This document shows, piece after piece, positions 12,137 to 25,280 of a stretch of 64,000 nt of DNA. Source of the DNA: Chiloscyllium plagiosum (lineage: Eukaryota); the NCBI RefSeq assembly GCF_004010195.1, contig NC_057719.1:43029248-43093247 (forward strand). Direction: 5' to 3'. The position numbers and the translations under genes are program-made. The notes beneath the pieces are model-generated. The model did no database searches. It worked only from the letters and a program-made list of their open reading frames with translations, and had not been told where the DNA came from. Each line of letters starts with the position of its first letter. The stretch's first letter is position 1.

Positions 12137-13700
12137 AATGATTTAATTATTGTCATTTGTATTTTATCATGAATAATACAGTAAATGCAGTGAAAAGTTT
12201 CAACAGTCACCACAATCTGGTGCCATTTTGAATAGTTTAAGAATAAAAAGGATAAAAGATAGAACTGATAGAGAGTCCTGAGTCGGCTCATTAATGACAC
12301 TTGTGCTGTCACTCCTCCCTACCACCTCGCAGCCGCCTTCACCAGACCCACCAATGTAGGAGTCACCACTCTTTAGGCGCCATCGCTTCACCATTGGGCC
12401 CACCTCACCGAGATTGATGCCAGGTCCTGTGCAGAACTCACCCCACAACTGGTCCACAGCACCACTGCCACCTCAATGATGCCAGGAGTCCCAGCCCTGG
12501 GCATACCATGCTGCCGCTGCCTCACCAATGCCAGGAGTTCCTGCTCTGGGCCTACCACAACCAGGAGTCTCAGGCTCTGCCGGAAGATGAGGCCACTGCG
12601 CTACTACATCAAGAGCCCCGCTATCTTGAGATGTCACCTTGTTGGCACTCCATTCTTGAAATATCTGCCGTTTCCGAGCGCTGGAGGAGCTTAGCTGCTG
12701 CTGCCACCGCCAGCCCCAAATGCCAGGAGGACATAGGATATAGAACAGTACACACTGTACAGGTCCTTCAGCCCGCGATGTTATGCTGACCTTTTATCCT
12801 ACTCTAAGATCAAACTAACCTACATACCCTACATTTTACTATCTTCCATGTGCCTATCCAAGAGTCGCTTAAATATCCCTAATGTATCTGACTCTACTTC
12901 CACTGCCGGCAGTGCATTCCATGCAACCACCACTCTTTGTGTAAAGAACCTATCCCTGACATCTCCCCTAAACCTTCCTCCAATCATCTTAAAATTATGC
13001 CTCCTCATGATTGCCATTTCTGTCTCTGACCACCCACTCTATCTGTGCCTCTCATCATCTTGTACACCTTTATCAAGTCATCTCTCATCCTTCTGCACTC
13101 CAATGAGAAAAGCCCTAGCTTCCTCAACCTTACTTCATATGACATGCCCTCCGGTCCAGGCAGCATCCTGGTAATTCTCCTTTGCACCCTCTCTAAAGTT
13201 TCCACATCCTTCCTGAATTGAGACAACCAGAACTGAACACAATATCCCAAGTGTGGTCAAACCAGGGTTCTATGGAGCTGCAGCAAAACCTCACGGCTCT
13301 TAAACTCAATCCCTCTGCTAATGAAAGCCAACATACCATATGCCTTCTTAACAACTCTATCAGTTTGGGTGGCAACTTTCAGGGATCTAGGACATGGACC
13401 ATAAGATCCCTCTGTTCCTCCAGACTACTAAAGAATCCTGTCTTTAACCCTGTAATCTGCCACCACCTTAGTTGCCATAAGGAGCTGTGTCTACTGTCGA
13501 CTCTGATCAGTGGGGAGAGCCGCCATTCCAAGCACGGCCTGCTCTAGCAGCCACACTGATTTCGCTGACTAACCCACCGCAAAAGGCTCCCAAGGAAAGA
13601 AAACAAAATAAAAACTGAAAGATAAAGAGCAGAACTAAAAAGAAAGAAAGAAAGAAAGAAAGAGCCCGCATGCAGCCAAGCTACTCCACCGCCATCTTGA
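12137..13700 (-). mobile_element. Non-autonomous Rex1/Babar-like retroelement with nested CR1
   Basis: 3' tail (ttattgtca..cagtgaaaag) resembles the Rex tail at 61455-61500; 5' end caagatggcggtggagtag on the minus strand; (aaag)n at about 13640-13662. Confidence 0.5.
12731..13456 (-). mobile_element. CR1 LINE 3' fragment
   Basis: YCVQFWLSQFRKDVETLERVQRRITRMLPG..LGLFSLECRRMRDDLIKVYK and RFRGDVRDRFFTQRVVVAWNALP. Confidence 0.92.
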
Positions 13701-13877
13701 ATCTGTATGTCCCAGGAGACTCTGACAGGGCTTTACCAGAATCTGAGAGGGACCTGAGGGCTGCAAGAGTAAGAGGCCATCATCTCCCGGTGCAGGTGAA
13801 GCTCACAGCTGCTTTGAACTTCTGTGCAACTGGCTCCTTCCCTCTGCCCTCAGCTTTGTCAGAGGGAGGTCAAGCCT

Positions 13878-15270
13878 AACAAATTTGATAGAATATTTTG
13901 AGGAGGAGTAAATGAGGGTGATGTGTAAATGAGGGTGATGCACTTGATGTAGTTGATATGGATTTCATTTAACAAGGTGCCATGTGGCACATTGATAAAG
14001 AAGATAAAAGCACATGGGATCCAGGATAACTGGGTAAGTTGGATCCAAAATTAGCTTAGTGGTAAGAGTCAGAGCAATGGTACAAAGCTGGTTATATGAC
14101 TGGTAGCCACTGGTCAGGGGGATCAGAGCTCGGTTCCTTATTGTTTGATATTCATAAATGACATAGATGAGAAATGTGGGAGAAGTTGATAAGTAAGTTT
14201 GCAGATGACATGAGGATTAGTTGAATGATCAACAGTAAGGAAGAAGGTCCTACGTGGATATGGACTGTCTGGGCAGATGGGCAGATCAGCGGCAGATGGC
14301 ATTTAACCCAGAAAAATTAGGTGATGAACTTTGGAAGAAGTAACAAGCCAAGGGAGCAGTTAATGAATGGCAATACACTAGGAAGCTCAGAGGAACAGAA
14401 GGATATTGGAATGCTTATCCACAGATCCCTGAAGAGAGGAGGACAGGTTAATAGGGTAGAAAGCAATGAGACACGTGCCTTTTTCATTCATGACATAGAT
14501 TATAAGAGTAGGGAAGTTATGTTGGAGACTTTAGTTGAGTCACATTTAGAGTAAGTCGGTTCTCCTGTAACGCAAATTGGCTATAACACAATCGAATAAT
14601 TCAGACCATTATTTGTAGAATGCAAACTTTCCTTACCTGTATTGGTTATAATGTGATTCCGGCCCAATTATTTTAAATGGTGCTGCTATTACGCGATTTT
14701 CTTATAACGCAGGGTCACATGTGAATGGAACGATCATGTTATATCAGTTCTGACTATACTGTTGGAGTGCAGTTCAGGTCTCCACATTATAGGAAAGATG
14801 TGATTGCACTGGAGGGGGTGCAGAGGAGATTTGCAGGTTGTTGCCTGGGATGGAGCAGTTTAGCTCTGAAGAGAAGCTGATAGGCTTGGTTGTTTTGTCT
14901 AGGTAGCAAAGGCTGAAAGAGACCTCATTGAGATGTATAAGAATTTCAGGGACATGAACATGATGATAGGAATTGGCTACTCCTCTTAGTTGAAGGGTCT
15001 ATAACAAGGATGCATAATTTTACGACGAAGGACAGAAGGTTTAGAAGGGATTTGAGGAAACCTTTTTTCACCCAGAAGTCAGCGGGGGTCTGGAATGTCT
15101 TGCCGAGGAGGGTTGTTGAAGCAGGAAAACTTACAACATTTAAAAAGTATTGGATGAGTACTTGAAATCTCATAACATTTAAGCTATGGTCCAAGTGCTG
15201 GAAAGTGGGATAAATGTAGATAGGTTTATGCAGATTCAACAGGCTGAATGGGCTCTTCTTCACTGTATGT
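13878..15270 (+). mobile_element. CR1 LINE 3' fragment (RT domain, decayed), interrupted by a MITE
   Basis: DVVDMDF..KVP, SKFADD, MNFGRSNK..EQKDIGMLIHRSLK, FFTQKSAGVWNVLP motifs. Confidence 0.88.
14554..14756. mobile_element. Tc1/mariner (Tigger/pogo-like) MITE
   Basis: Imperfect TIRs agtcggttctcctgtaacg / atgttatatcagttctgact; TA at 14552-14553 and 14757-14758 duplicates the CR1 gagTActg site. Confidence 0.75.
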
Positions 15271-15603
15271 GGAAACGAGAGGACCATATACCAATGCTGC
15301 ATAATTCATCATCAGGAAGAGGTTTCATTTGGCTAATGTTTCAGTAAGTCTGTGATCATTGTTACAACTTCCTGGAGATGTGTGTCCACTACTCTGGCAG
15401 CTGCCACAACACCTACATCCTTGTGCATTCTCCTGTACCTGGTGTGTTTGGGGGTCCAGATGCCTTACAAGGCTGTATACTGAAGGATAAGGGCAACCCA
15501 CTGTAACCATAGCTCATGACATCTTTACATACCTCCCCTGATATATGCTGACAATGTGACTCCTCTACTTGGATTGGACTAATCAGGAGGCCCAGTAATT
15601 CTT

Positions 15604-15680
15604 AAGTTAAAAATCACACAACACCAGGTTATAATCCAACAGGTTTAATTGGAAGCACTAGCATTCAGAGCACTGCAAAG
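15604..15680 (-). mobile_element. PLE-tail element (family D) fragment
   Basis: aaaaatcacacaacaccaggttataatccaacaggtttaattggaagcactagc, shared with 21085, 41560, 50995. Confidence 0.65.
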
Positions 15681-15714
15681 TTCTGTAAAGCGCTGCAAAG
15701 TTCTTACCTACTTC

Positions 15715-16687
15715 TGTTATGAAGTTGAAGGCATAGGTACTGTATCTTTAAGAGAGAGTGAATGCTGTTTTGCACTGACACCTTGCAAGCACCTATCATA
15801 AGACTAGCTAGTAGTCTCAGATTGTATTGGAAAATTGAAAATATGTAACATTTGGCTGTGAAATAGATACCTGAGTTGGTTGCTGTTTTGACAACAATTC
15901 GAATTTAACCAGTTTAAATTATGCCCCAGGATACTAAAACCCAATCGAGTTTGAATTTATTGTTTTTGCCGACATTGAACCAATGAGACGATCTGATGTT
16001 CGTGGTATAACAAAATAGGCATTTTGAAAGTCAGACAGAGCAACTGTCATTGACAGAGAGTAACTGCCATCAAGAAAGACTACCATTCAAAAACACTCTT
16101 GATCAAAAGTATCCTTTTTATATGAAGCACCTTTGTAGTAAAAGGCAGAAGACAACCTAGGCAGATCTTCAGCCAAAAGGAGGAGGACACCGGAGATGAC
16201 AATCACTGTGTGGGGGTTTTGAAATTAAGTTGATGTAACTTTAATACGGGTTTTTATTGGAAAAGTATATTGTTATAGAGTTGGAGGCAGATAACAAGCA
16301 GTTAAGAGAAAGGGAGGCTTAGAATTGTGAATAGTTGTTGTTTAATGTTCACTTTTAGAGTTAAGATTAGATTAGATTACTTACAGGAAACAGGCCCTTC
16401 GGCCCAACAAGTCCACACCGACCCGCCGAAGCGCAACCCACCCATACCCCTACATTTACCCCTTTAACCTAACACTACGGGCAATTTAGCATGGCCAATT
16501 CACCTGACCTGCACATCTTTGGACTGTGGGAGGAAACACAGAATAAGGAATATATTGATATTATGTTTCTTTAAATAGTGGAATTTGTGAGTTCTCTGTC
16601 ACTCACACCTTTAAGATTATGAGGTGAGGCGAGCTTTTCTGGGTGTTTGGTTTAATTAACAGAAAGGTTCACTGCCATGTCGTAACA
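15715..16687 (+). mobile_element. Solo LTR (probably Gypsy) with nested HE1 SINE
   Basis: Ends TGTTATGA...TCGTAACA; 4-bp TSD cttc at 15711-15714 and 16688-16691; orientation tentative. Confidence 0.8.
16364..16537 (-). mobile_element. HE1-type V-SINE, 5'-truncated
   Basis: gggcaatttagcatggccaattcacctgacctgcacatctttggactgtgggaggaaac plus CR1-derived tail with (gatta)n. Confidence 0.85.
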
Positions 16688-18394
16688 CTTCCTTTACACC
16701 CTAACATGGAAATCATCTGGTCCTGTGGACTTTTTAAAATGAAATTCCTAGGTTCAAAAGATCATTTCAAGTAAACAAAATGGTTGACGAGACTCAAGTT
16801 GAATATAAGTGTTACAACAAAGGTCAATGACTCGCTTCCAAATTATTCAGATTGCTACAGAAGAACTGAGACTATAACAAAAAATAATGAATGCACATTG
16901 TTATTTAGCATATCTGAAGCACACACCAGATTTCTCAAGCGTGGTGGATACAAGTTCTTAATAATTAGACATAAACTTCTCTTTAATTCCTGTTTCCATC
17001 TTTCTGAATTTACAATTGGTGAAGTGGAGTAAACCCTGTCTCAGTTATCTTGTTTATCTCAGTCATAAGTCTAAATTTATGAAGCGCAGTTTCAGGAGCA
17101 TGGGTCAGTCATTTTTGACTGTGATACCTCTTCATTCAGACCAGCATATTTTGACATTTTCTACCACAAAGGATTGTTGATGCTCAGTTATTGACAACAT
17201 TGAAGAGTGAACTCAATAAATGATTGGATACTATGGGAATGAACGGATAATGGGATTGGATTAGAGAGCAGAGCTGAGGCCAAAGATTAACTATTACCTT
17301 ATCAATGGTCAAAAAGTCTCAGGGACACAGATCTACTATTTACATTTCTTATGTTATGCAAACAGTTTCTGGTAATACAGTAACATTTGAACCACACATT
17401 ACCAGTCAATGACTGTCCCCAACAAGGATGAATTAACCACCACTCTTCACTCCCCCACAACTCTCCAGTCCTCTGCTTCACCTTTTCTGTTTTGAGACAC
17501 ACATTAAAACCTATTTCTATAGCCTCCAGTTCGCCAATCCCAGTTGTGCCACAAGCCACTTTTGAGATTGCAATTAGTCCATGAAAGCGAGGAACGGAAG
17601 TGAAAGGCAATTAGAAATGTTATTGCCTGAGGCATGGCAACCCTGGCAAAGGGGCTGCTTCTGCAGAACTAGGAAATGAAAACCTGTGGGTTGGACAGTG
17701 GTTTGGGCCTCTCCTGCCACTGGTTAAACATCAGCTGGCAGACTGAGACTCTTAAATGAGCATTAATTGGCCTCAGTTCACTCATTGGCAGGTAGGCCAT
17801 TCAATAGCCTGCCATTGGTAAAATTGCAGTGGTGACAGGGCCAGATCAGTAGATGGTGGGCATAGCAACTATGACATTTTATGCACATCTCCATCTACAA
17901 ACCCACCGCAAGTGGTTATGAACACGAGTTCTTTGTTTCAAACTTAAATGCTTTAATATCTAAAAATTGATTCTCTTAAAGTGAAAGAGTGCTACATACG
18001 AAGGCATAGCATATGGACCCCAGTGAGGAAAGAATAGTGGATGGGAGGAGATTGCAGAAAGGATTGAGCTGTGGAGACTGAAATAATACAAAGAACTTCT
18101 CTATATCCTGTGACTATGCAGAAGGTCTTAATGTTAATATGGTTCTTTAGTGCAAATTTGCTCAGCTCTCATACCATCTTCTCACTTCACTGATTAAGAT
18201 GTTAGTCACCCACCAGGAGCACATAGGGTTGCCAAAGTGACCATCTCCAATAAGAAACAAGCAAATCGCAATTTATTTTTGATCAAATTGCCTTTTTTGG
18301 TTTCTTCATTATACATTTTCCATTTGATAATAATACCTGTACATCCAAAAAATGAAAATCACATGATTTTTTTAAAGTTTCATTTCATGATGCA

Positions 18395-18525
18395 GGGAGG
18401 TGATGGTGCAGTGGGGATGTCACTGGATTAGTGATTCAGAAACCAAAGCTAATGTTCTGGACTCATGGGTTTGAATCACACCATGGTAGATGGTAAAATT
18501 TAAATGCCTAAAATCTCGAAATGGT
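18395..18525 (+). mobile_element. tRNA-derived SINE/LINE head (same family as 4465)
   Basis: ggtgcagtgg..cactggattagtgattcaga..gggtttgaatcacaccatggtagatggtaaaatttaaat. Confidence 0.65.
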
Positions 18526-18584
18526 GTCGGATGCACACTTTTTGTTTTATTTTAAATGGCTGGAAGATACAGTGTGTTAACATT

Positions 18585-18955
18585 GGAAACATAGGAACAT
18601 AAGATCACCAGTATTCTGTGTAGTCTGCCCATCGTTCAATATGATCACAACTGATAAAGCACCATTTTTATTTGCCTTTTACTCACTATCTCCATAAGCA
18701 TGTATACCACTGGTAATCAGAAATCTCCCCATCTGCCTTAAACATACTCAAAGGCTGAGCTTTCACAGTCCTCTCTGTGATAGACAATTCCAAAGGTTCA
18801 CAACCCTTTGAGTAGAGAAATTTCTGGTCATCTCAAACCTAAGTAACTTTTTAAATTGTGCTCTCTGGTTTTAGATTCCCCAATCAGGGGAAACAACTTA
18901 TCTGGATCAACCCTGATTATCCCTTTAAGTATTTTAAGTACATCTCAATGAGACC
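18585..18955 (-). mobile_element. CR1 LINE 3' fragment
   Basis: gaacataggaac tail; aattccaaaggttcacaaccctttgagtagagaaatttc is antisense of the FxQRVVNLWN motif. Confidence 0.75.
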
Positions 18956-20484
18956 ATTGGAGGAGGACACTTGCCCAGTGCAGGTACTGGCTGAGAATAT
19001 AACACCCTGTCTTCATTCCCACACATGCATTATTTAAAACTCAACCCTTATTCTCCTGCTCTCTGAGTTGCCCAACAAAACTCCAGCCCAAAACCCCTGG
19101 ACTTACCTGGATTTGGATCCATGGACCCCTTTCCGGGATTGACCTGAAATCCCAGCAGCTCCCACTACTCTCTCTGGCTAATATTAAACAACAGCACCTA
19201 CAGGCAGCACTTCCTCCCAGTGAAGCATTACAAGCCATCCACATCCCTCTAATTTTCCACCAGAGCTTTTACCTAGAGGTATTCAAAGTGCATGTACCAA
19301 TAATGTCTTTCTGCACTCCTGTCTTGACAGCTAAACTGTAGATTTAGCTGATTCTCACTGTTCTGAGAGTTTGGTGAAGAAACTAACAAATTGAGATGTC
19401 TGCTGGAAATGAAAATTAATTATGTTTCTTGCAATTATGTATTTCCACAAAAATAATTTAAGGCTACCTAAAAAGAAACAACTGCATGAGAATTCACACT
19501 CTCAGCAACAAATGCTACTATGCTTCTAAGGTAGGGTGTATCACTTCATGTCATGATTCCTTAGTAGCCTCTGTGAACACTCAGCCTTTTCATATATAAG
19601 TGGTTTTGAAAGTTTGGCAAGACATGTAAAGTCTGTAAACTCTGTGGAATTGATTTCTACAGATAGTGTGCAATTGTTGTCAATCCCCTATTTCAATCTC
19701 TTCCAGATCCTTATCCTTGTCATAATACAGGAAAGGGAACATTCTTTCTAGCGTGGTTTTGAATTATTGCTTGGACCAGGTCCTGGATTTAGCCAGCCCC
19801 ACTGATCTTCCCTCACATGTAACAGAAAAGACTCACTGCAGATGTTACCACTCCTTTGCTAGCCAGAACAAATTTGTGGTTATCTTTTAAAGGAAAGATT
19901 GTCCAGGAGTGTCACACTACCCTGCTTCCTTTCACTAACTACAGAAAAACAATTTGAAAACATTATTTTTGCAGGAAAAATTTGTAAGGATCAGCATAGG
20001 GGGTTAACAATGGGGCCAGGATAATAAATCTTAATGCACCTCCAGGAGGGATCACTGAATATCAATCAAAAGTGGAAAACCTTCTATAAACGGGGACTGT
20101 TAAAACAGAGTACTTCTTAAACTTATTTTTAAAAGCAAATATTTCAAATCTATAGCATTTCCCTATGCAACATACATTCCCACTGTGGTGCATAGCCTCC
20201 CTTCCTAACAGCAGTTTTATATGCTTGCAGCCAAAGCAATAACATTTCAAATCAAGTGGCTGTTATGGTAACCTTCACTATTTATCATTAGTGTTGAGGA
20301 CACACCTATCAATTGGAGGAAAACCCAGACTTTCTGGTCCTCTGACATTCAACACAACCTATTTTGTCTTGTTTCTAGGCTGCAGTAACAATCACCTATC
20401 TGATTCACAGTTACTCATCAGCAGCCTTGGCTCTCTTTAACAAGACCCACTTTCATAACATACTGAATATTCTTCTCTTTTTCC

Positions 20485-20870
20485 TGTTTAGCAATCCCTT
20501 AGGGTCAAAGATGACTTGCTTTCACTCTTAGGGGATGGATTCTGCAAATATACCAACCCTGTAGCCACAGACTCTCCATGATTGAGGTAGTTAGAGTTTT
20601 TTGGGGTGGGGGTAAGTAGGATATTCTGAATTGTGCACACACTCTTTCTGATGCTTATATGTAACTCCATATGCTCCAAAGAGGATGACACCTGTGCGGA
20701 CTTTTCTTCCCCAGGTTATGTGTTCCAGGGCAAGCAGATCCCATGTATTGGTGGGGATGTTGCTTTTGTTTGGGGAGGCAGTTATTGCTTACCATTATGG
20801 AGCCCAGAGTAGAGCACCTGTCTCAAGAGTCTTGTGTCAGATGTAGCCCACCCATTGCAGCTGGTCATGC
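20485..20870 (-). mobile_element. RTE-clade LINE 3' fragment
   Basis: Minus translation NIPTNTWDLLALE (RTE C-terminal WExLAxDR-like) and tail gcaagtcatctttgacc. Confidence 0.55.
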
Positions 20871-21084
20871 TGAGTAGTGGTGCTGTGGAAAACACAGCAT
20901 ACTGCAACAAGCCAGTAAATCATTCCATGAATGTACTGAATTACATGTCTTAATGTACTCAAAATACATTTTCAAAACATCCATCTATGTCCCATCATGA
21001 ATCTCAATGCACTCCATTATAGCTGCACACATGAGCATTTTCAAATAAAAAAGAAAGGGATTAATGACAATTGATTAGATTTTA

Positions 21085-21640
21085 TTGATGTGGAGGTGCC
21101 GGTATTGGACTGGGGTGGACAAAGTTAAAAATCACACAACACCAGGTTACAGTCCAACAAGTTTATTTGAAAGTACTAGCTTTCAGAGTGCTAGTGGGGC
21201 AGGATCACAAGACACAGAACTTATCACGAAAGATCACGGTGTCATGCAACTTAAATGATATATTGAACCATCCTAGATAGCTGTGAAGTCTTTCATCTTT
21301 TAGAATGGGTTACAGGTTTCGGTTCATTAATATGTAAATCCTAGAACTTCTTTTAAGTCACATTTTTGAGATAACAAGGTTTTATAAAATAAGATGACAT
21401 CTCAGCTCAGACAATGTATTAAAGGTGTGAGGATTGAGTGAGTCTGTATCCCAATCTTGAGTCAGACTGGTTCTATTTCCAAAGTAGGAATTCATAAAAT
21501 GTAGTACAGGAATTGACTGCTTGCATTGACTGCCTGCAGGTTGTGTGCTTTTTGAGCAAAAATAGAACATACCTGCAAATACAATTCTGCAAATGCAAAT
21601 TCACCCCATAGTTATACGCAACTCGCATACACACACACAC
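21085..21640 (-). mobile_element. PLE-tail element (family D), longer copy
   Basis: ttggactggggtggacaaagttaaaaatcacacaacaccagg..ctagctttcagagtgc; hammerhead region partly deleted; ends at (ca)n. Confidence 0.65.
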
Positions 21641-22082
21641 GTGTTTTTTCAACCCCTAAGTGTAGGTCCCCTGAATATTAACAGTCCAGCAATAATACCG
21701 CTAGACCATCACCTCCCCACAACTCAGTGTCTGCTCAAACTATGACCAAAGGGGGGCATGTTCATTGGCTGTTTGACAGCCACTAACATTTGATAAGGCC
21801 TGTGAGCTGATCACGGTGCAGCCTTCATGTTAGGGATAAGTACACATCTGATGAGGTGAGAATGATGTAAGAGACAGGAACATTTATCAATTTTTAAAAA
21901 TTATTTTAAATATACTATTTTTAAATTATTTAGCATTATGAAATTATATATTTACATTGTTCAGCTGTAGTGCAAAATGATCCTCTCATTATTTCTGAAA
22001 GATTAACAAGGAAATCAAATGAAAAATATAGCTGATTTCTCATGAGCCAAGCATGTCGCTACAGAATAAAAGTGCAACAATG

Positions 22083-22720
22083 AAGGAACCGTTCCCACCA
22101 CTGCCAACCTCCAAGGAAGGAACCATTCCCATTCCTGCCAACCACCCAGGAAGGAACCATTCCCACTGTTGCCAACCTCCCATGAAGGAATCGTTCCCAC
22201 CGCTGCCAAACCCCAGGAAGGAATTGTTCCCACCGCTGCCAAACCCACAGGAAGGAACCGTTCCCACTGCTGCCAAACCCCAGGAAGGAACCGTTCCCAC
22301 TGCTGCCAAACCCCCAGGAAGGAACAGTTCCCATTACTGCCAAATCTCTAGGAAGGAACCGTTCCCATTGCTACCGACCATCCAGTAAGGAACCGTTCCC
22401 ATCACCTCCGACTACCCCAGGAAGGAACTGTTCCCACTGCTGCCAAACCCCCAGGAAGGAACTGTTCTCATTGCTGCCAAACCCCCAGGAAGGAACCGTT
22501 CCCACTACTGCCAAACACCGAGGAAGGAACCATTCCCACCGCTGCCAAACCCCCAGGAAGGAACCATTCCCATTGCTGCCGACCATCCAGGGCGGAACCG
22601 TTCCCATTGCTGCCGACCATTCAGGAAGGAACAGTTACCACCGCTGCCAAACCCCAGGAAGGAAATGTTCCCACTGCTGCTGACCATCCAGGAAGGGACC
22701 ATTCCTGCCCCTGCCAACAC
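22083..22720. repeat. Minisatellite, 32-33 bp unit, about 19 copies
   Basis: Consensus approx. ccccaggaaggaaccgttcccactgctgccaaa; unit-length variation shifts the repeat ORFs between frames. Confidence 0.95.
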
Positions 22721-24289
22721 TCTGGCGAGGGGACAGCTCCCACCCATAAAGGCAAAAAAAGAGCAAGTAAAAGTAAAAGAAAAAGAGAAAAAAGAAAGGT
22801 AGCAGACAAGCCCCTGGACACAAATGCTGCTATTCTGCCACAAATTGTGGAAACTCTTGTCATGTAGTGATAGTGTCCCTACCTCAGAGTCAGGAGGTCA
22901 GGTTCAAGTTCTATCTCTGACCAGGCTGATGAGGAAAATACCTAGAAACAAGGTTGCAATCTTACATTTGAGGAAACTTTGCCACAGAGCCACCAAGTTG
23001 ACAGATACTGTAAATACACCATGAAAGTTAACAGCAAAATCAAATGAGAAATACTGACTTTACAATTTATAATGGCAAATATTGGCATTAAAGTAAGATG
23101 AAAAGTATCCGGAAAGTAAGCCTTGCAAATTGTCGTTTCACCAAACACATTTCGAAGTTCAACGTTGTCATATATACTGCATTTCCTCTGTCCATTTAGT
23201 TAAATAATTTCTTCAAAAAATTCAATTGCATGTTATATGCAAATTCACGTTCACTTAAATCATGATATAGTAGATTCACAGACTGGCACATGGATTTCAA
23301 AAATACTTTACAGCTTTTAAAGGGAACATCACTCGCAAGCTGAAAAGACTTTTTTCTAAAAGCACCTTGCACATGTCGACAGTAAACTTGGCCATACCTC
23401 CTAAGTATTAGCATGAATGGTGGAGTCAGAAACAGGGTCAACACTTCAATCCCCCTGTGAATCACATTTCAATTCCTGCATGGTTCCAATGAAGCTTCAA
23501 GCATGATCCATCGCATTTTCCTCAACAATTCTATCCAAACGACAGCAAATGATGGAAAACGCAGCCAGTGAGAGCTGCTTCATATGGACCTCAGTCTCAT
23601 GAAGTGCACACAACTAAAATGCTTATTGTACATTTTCTTTGTAGATGCAGGATGGTCTTCTGTGTACTGCCAACAATTTTGTTTTTTTTAATTCTGACAT
23701 TTGTACAATTACTTTAGCAACCTGCTGTTATTTTTATCATTGCTATCAAGAACACGGTGTGCTTTCTGAACATGCCACCTCCTGGTAAAGAGAAAAATAT
23801 CAGCTCCCAATCCATGTAAAGAAAAAAAAATAAACTTGTGTTCATGGTCAGCTGCAACTTCTAATGACCTCAGAACATCCCAAAGCAAGTTAGAAACAAC
23901 AGCTGACTTCTGAAATGCATACACAATTATGTAAACTAACAACTTACATCGATAGAGCAGTTTCACTGTAGAAAATATGTTTCTAGGTACTTCAGAAACA
24001 AATTCAAAACGTGTTTCTGAGCCTTAGTAGGAACAATTGGAAAGGTGACCAAAAGCTATGCTATAGAGGCTTTTGAAAGGAGCTTAAATGAGAGAGAGAG
24101 ATCTGGAGAAGCAAAAGTTTAAGAAAAGAACTCCTGAGTATGAAACTTAGTCAGCTGATGATCTATCAGTCAAAGGATGGGAAGTGGGTGGGAGTGCCTT
24201 ACAGGCCTGGGTCAAAGCAAAAGAGTTCAGGTGGATGGAAGAAAGTTTAGCACTTGTGAAGATTAAAGGAAAAGAAAACTAGAGACAAC

Positions 24290-24565
24290 TTTTACATAAA
24301 TCAACCCACAACCAGCAGGAGTGATCATTTGTTTCATTTTGACTGACCAAAATTTGTTGACTGGGGCATTGGTAATCTTCACTGATTAGCATCATTGGAT
24401 CTTTGATGTCTACTTGAAAAGGGATTTGGTTTAATGTCACAGCCGAAATATTGTATCTGAAATATTAATCAGGCCCTAGGCCTGCATCGAAGTATTATCC
24501 GAAGATGTGTGCTGCAGCCCTGCAATTGGCCTAGAATTCACAATCCTCTGAATGAAATGAGTGAC
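24290..24565 (-). mobile_element. Decayed Deu-domain SINE (SacSINE1/AmnSINE-like)
   Basis: cattggatctttgatgtctacttga..ttggtttaatgtcacagccgaaa is antisense of the Deu core. Confidence 0.55.
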
Positions 24566-25019
24566 ACCAAATAAGCACAGCAGAAGGATCCTGAAGCAGC
24601 AGGGCCAAATGTTGCAAATACAATTGCCTCATTGTCCCCCATACTAACCCAAACCGCCATATCAATAGCAAGGTTCTATTTCAATTTCTTGAGAAGCTGA
24701 CTCCACATATCAGCACAGTGCCAGCCTCACGCAAACACGTCAAAAGCCGAAGTTCCCTGAGGCTGAACCTTACTTTTTTTTTGGCTAAGTCCAACTTGTA
24801 CTGAGTTTCTTAGAGAGATTGTCATCATGAGGTCTAGTGTCTTCACTCACTGTATCTTACCAGTCTCACCTCATTAATTACATTCCATACCCCTACAGGC
24901 ATGAATCAAATCCGATTACCTCATCTTACTACACACTATTCTTGGAACAACTTGCCAGCAGCCATCAGAACTGACTGGCATCCCTCCCACCTGTACCATC
25001 ATAGAAAGCCTGTTGTGCA

Positions 25020-25280
25020 TCCAGACCCTTGGGTGACCATCTATTTGCACATTCTCCCCATATCTGCATGGGTTTCTTCTGGGTGCTCCAGTTTCCTCCC
25101 ATAGTCCAAAGACATGCAGGTTAGGTGGATTGGCCATGCTGAATTGTCCATAGCAGGTTAGGAGGACTAGCCATGGGAAATGCAGGGTTACAGCGGGGGT
25201 CTGGGTGGGATGCTCTTTGGAGGGCTGCTCTGGACTTGACGGGCCAAATGGCCTGCTTCCACATTTGTAGTGATTCTATG
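25020..25280 (+). mobile_element. HE1-type V-SINE
   Basis: tttgcacattctcccc..gggtgctccagtttcctcccatagtccaaagacatgcaggttagg..ggcctgcttccac..gattctatg. Confidence 0.9.

Larger units (their letters stand above)
11100..15600 (+). mobile_element. Fragmented PIF/Harbinger element (HARBI1-type DDE transposase) hosting nested insertions
   Basis: HLPVQVKLTAALNFCATGSF at about 13780-13840; LEMCVHYSGSCHNTYILVHSPVPGVF..GCILKDKGNPL*P*LMT at about 15370-15525 (compare ARYPGSxHD..GWLLGDKGYPL); outer limits uncertain. Confidence 0.7.

Noticed and set aside
22083..22720. CRISPR-like array or repeat protein (QEGTVPTAAKP)n
   Set aside because: Contiguous degenerate units with no unique spacers, eukaryotic context, and frequent frame changes from 32/33-bp variation
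23196..23620. Coding-like stretch with an 89-aa minus-strand ORF
   Set aside because: No recognisable motif or consistent splice signals
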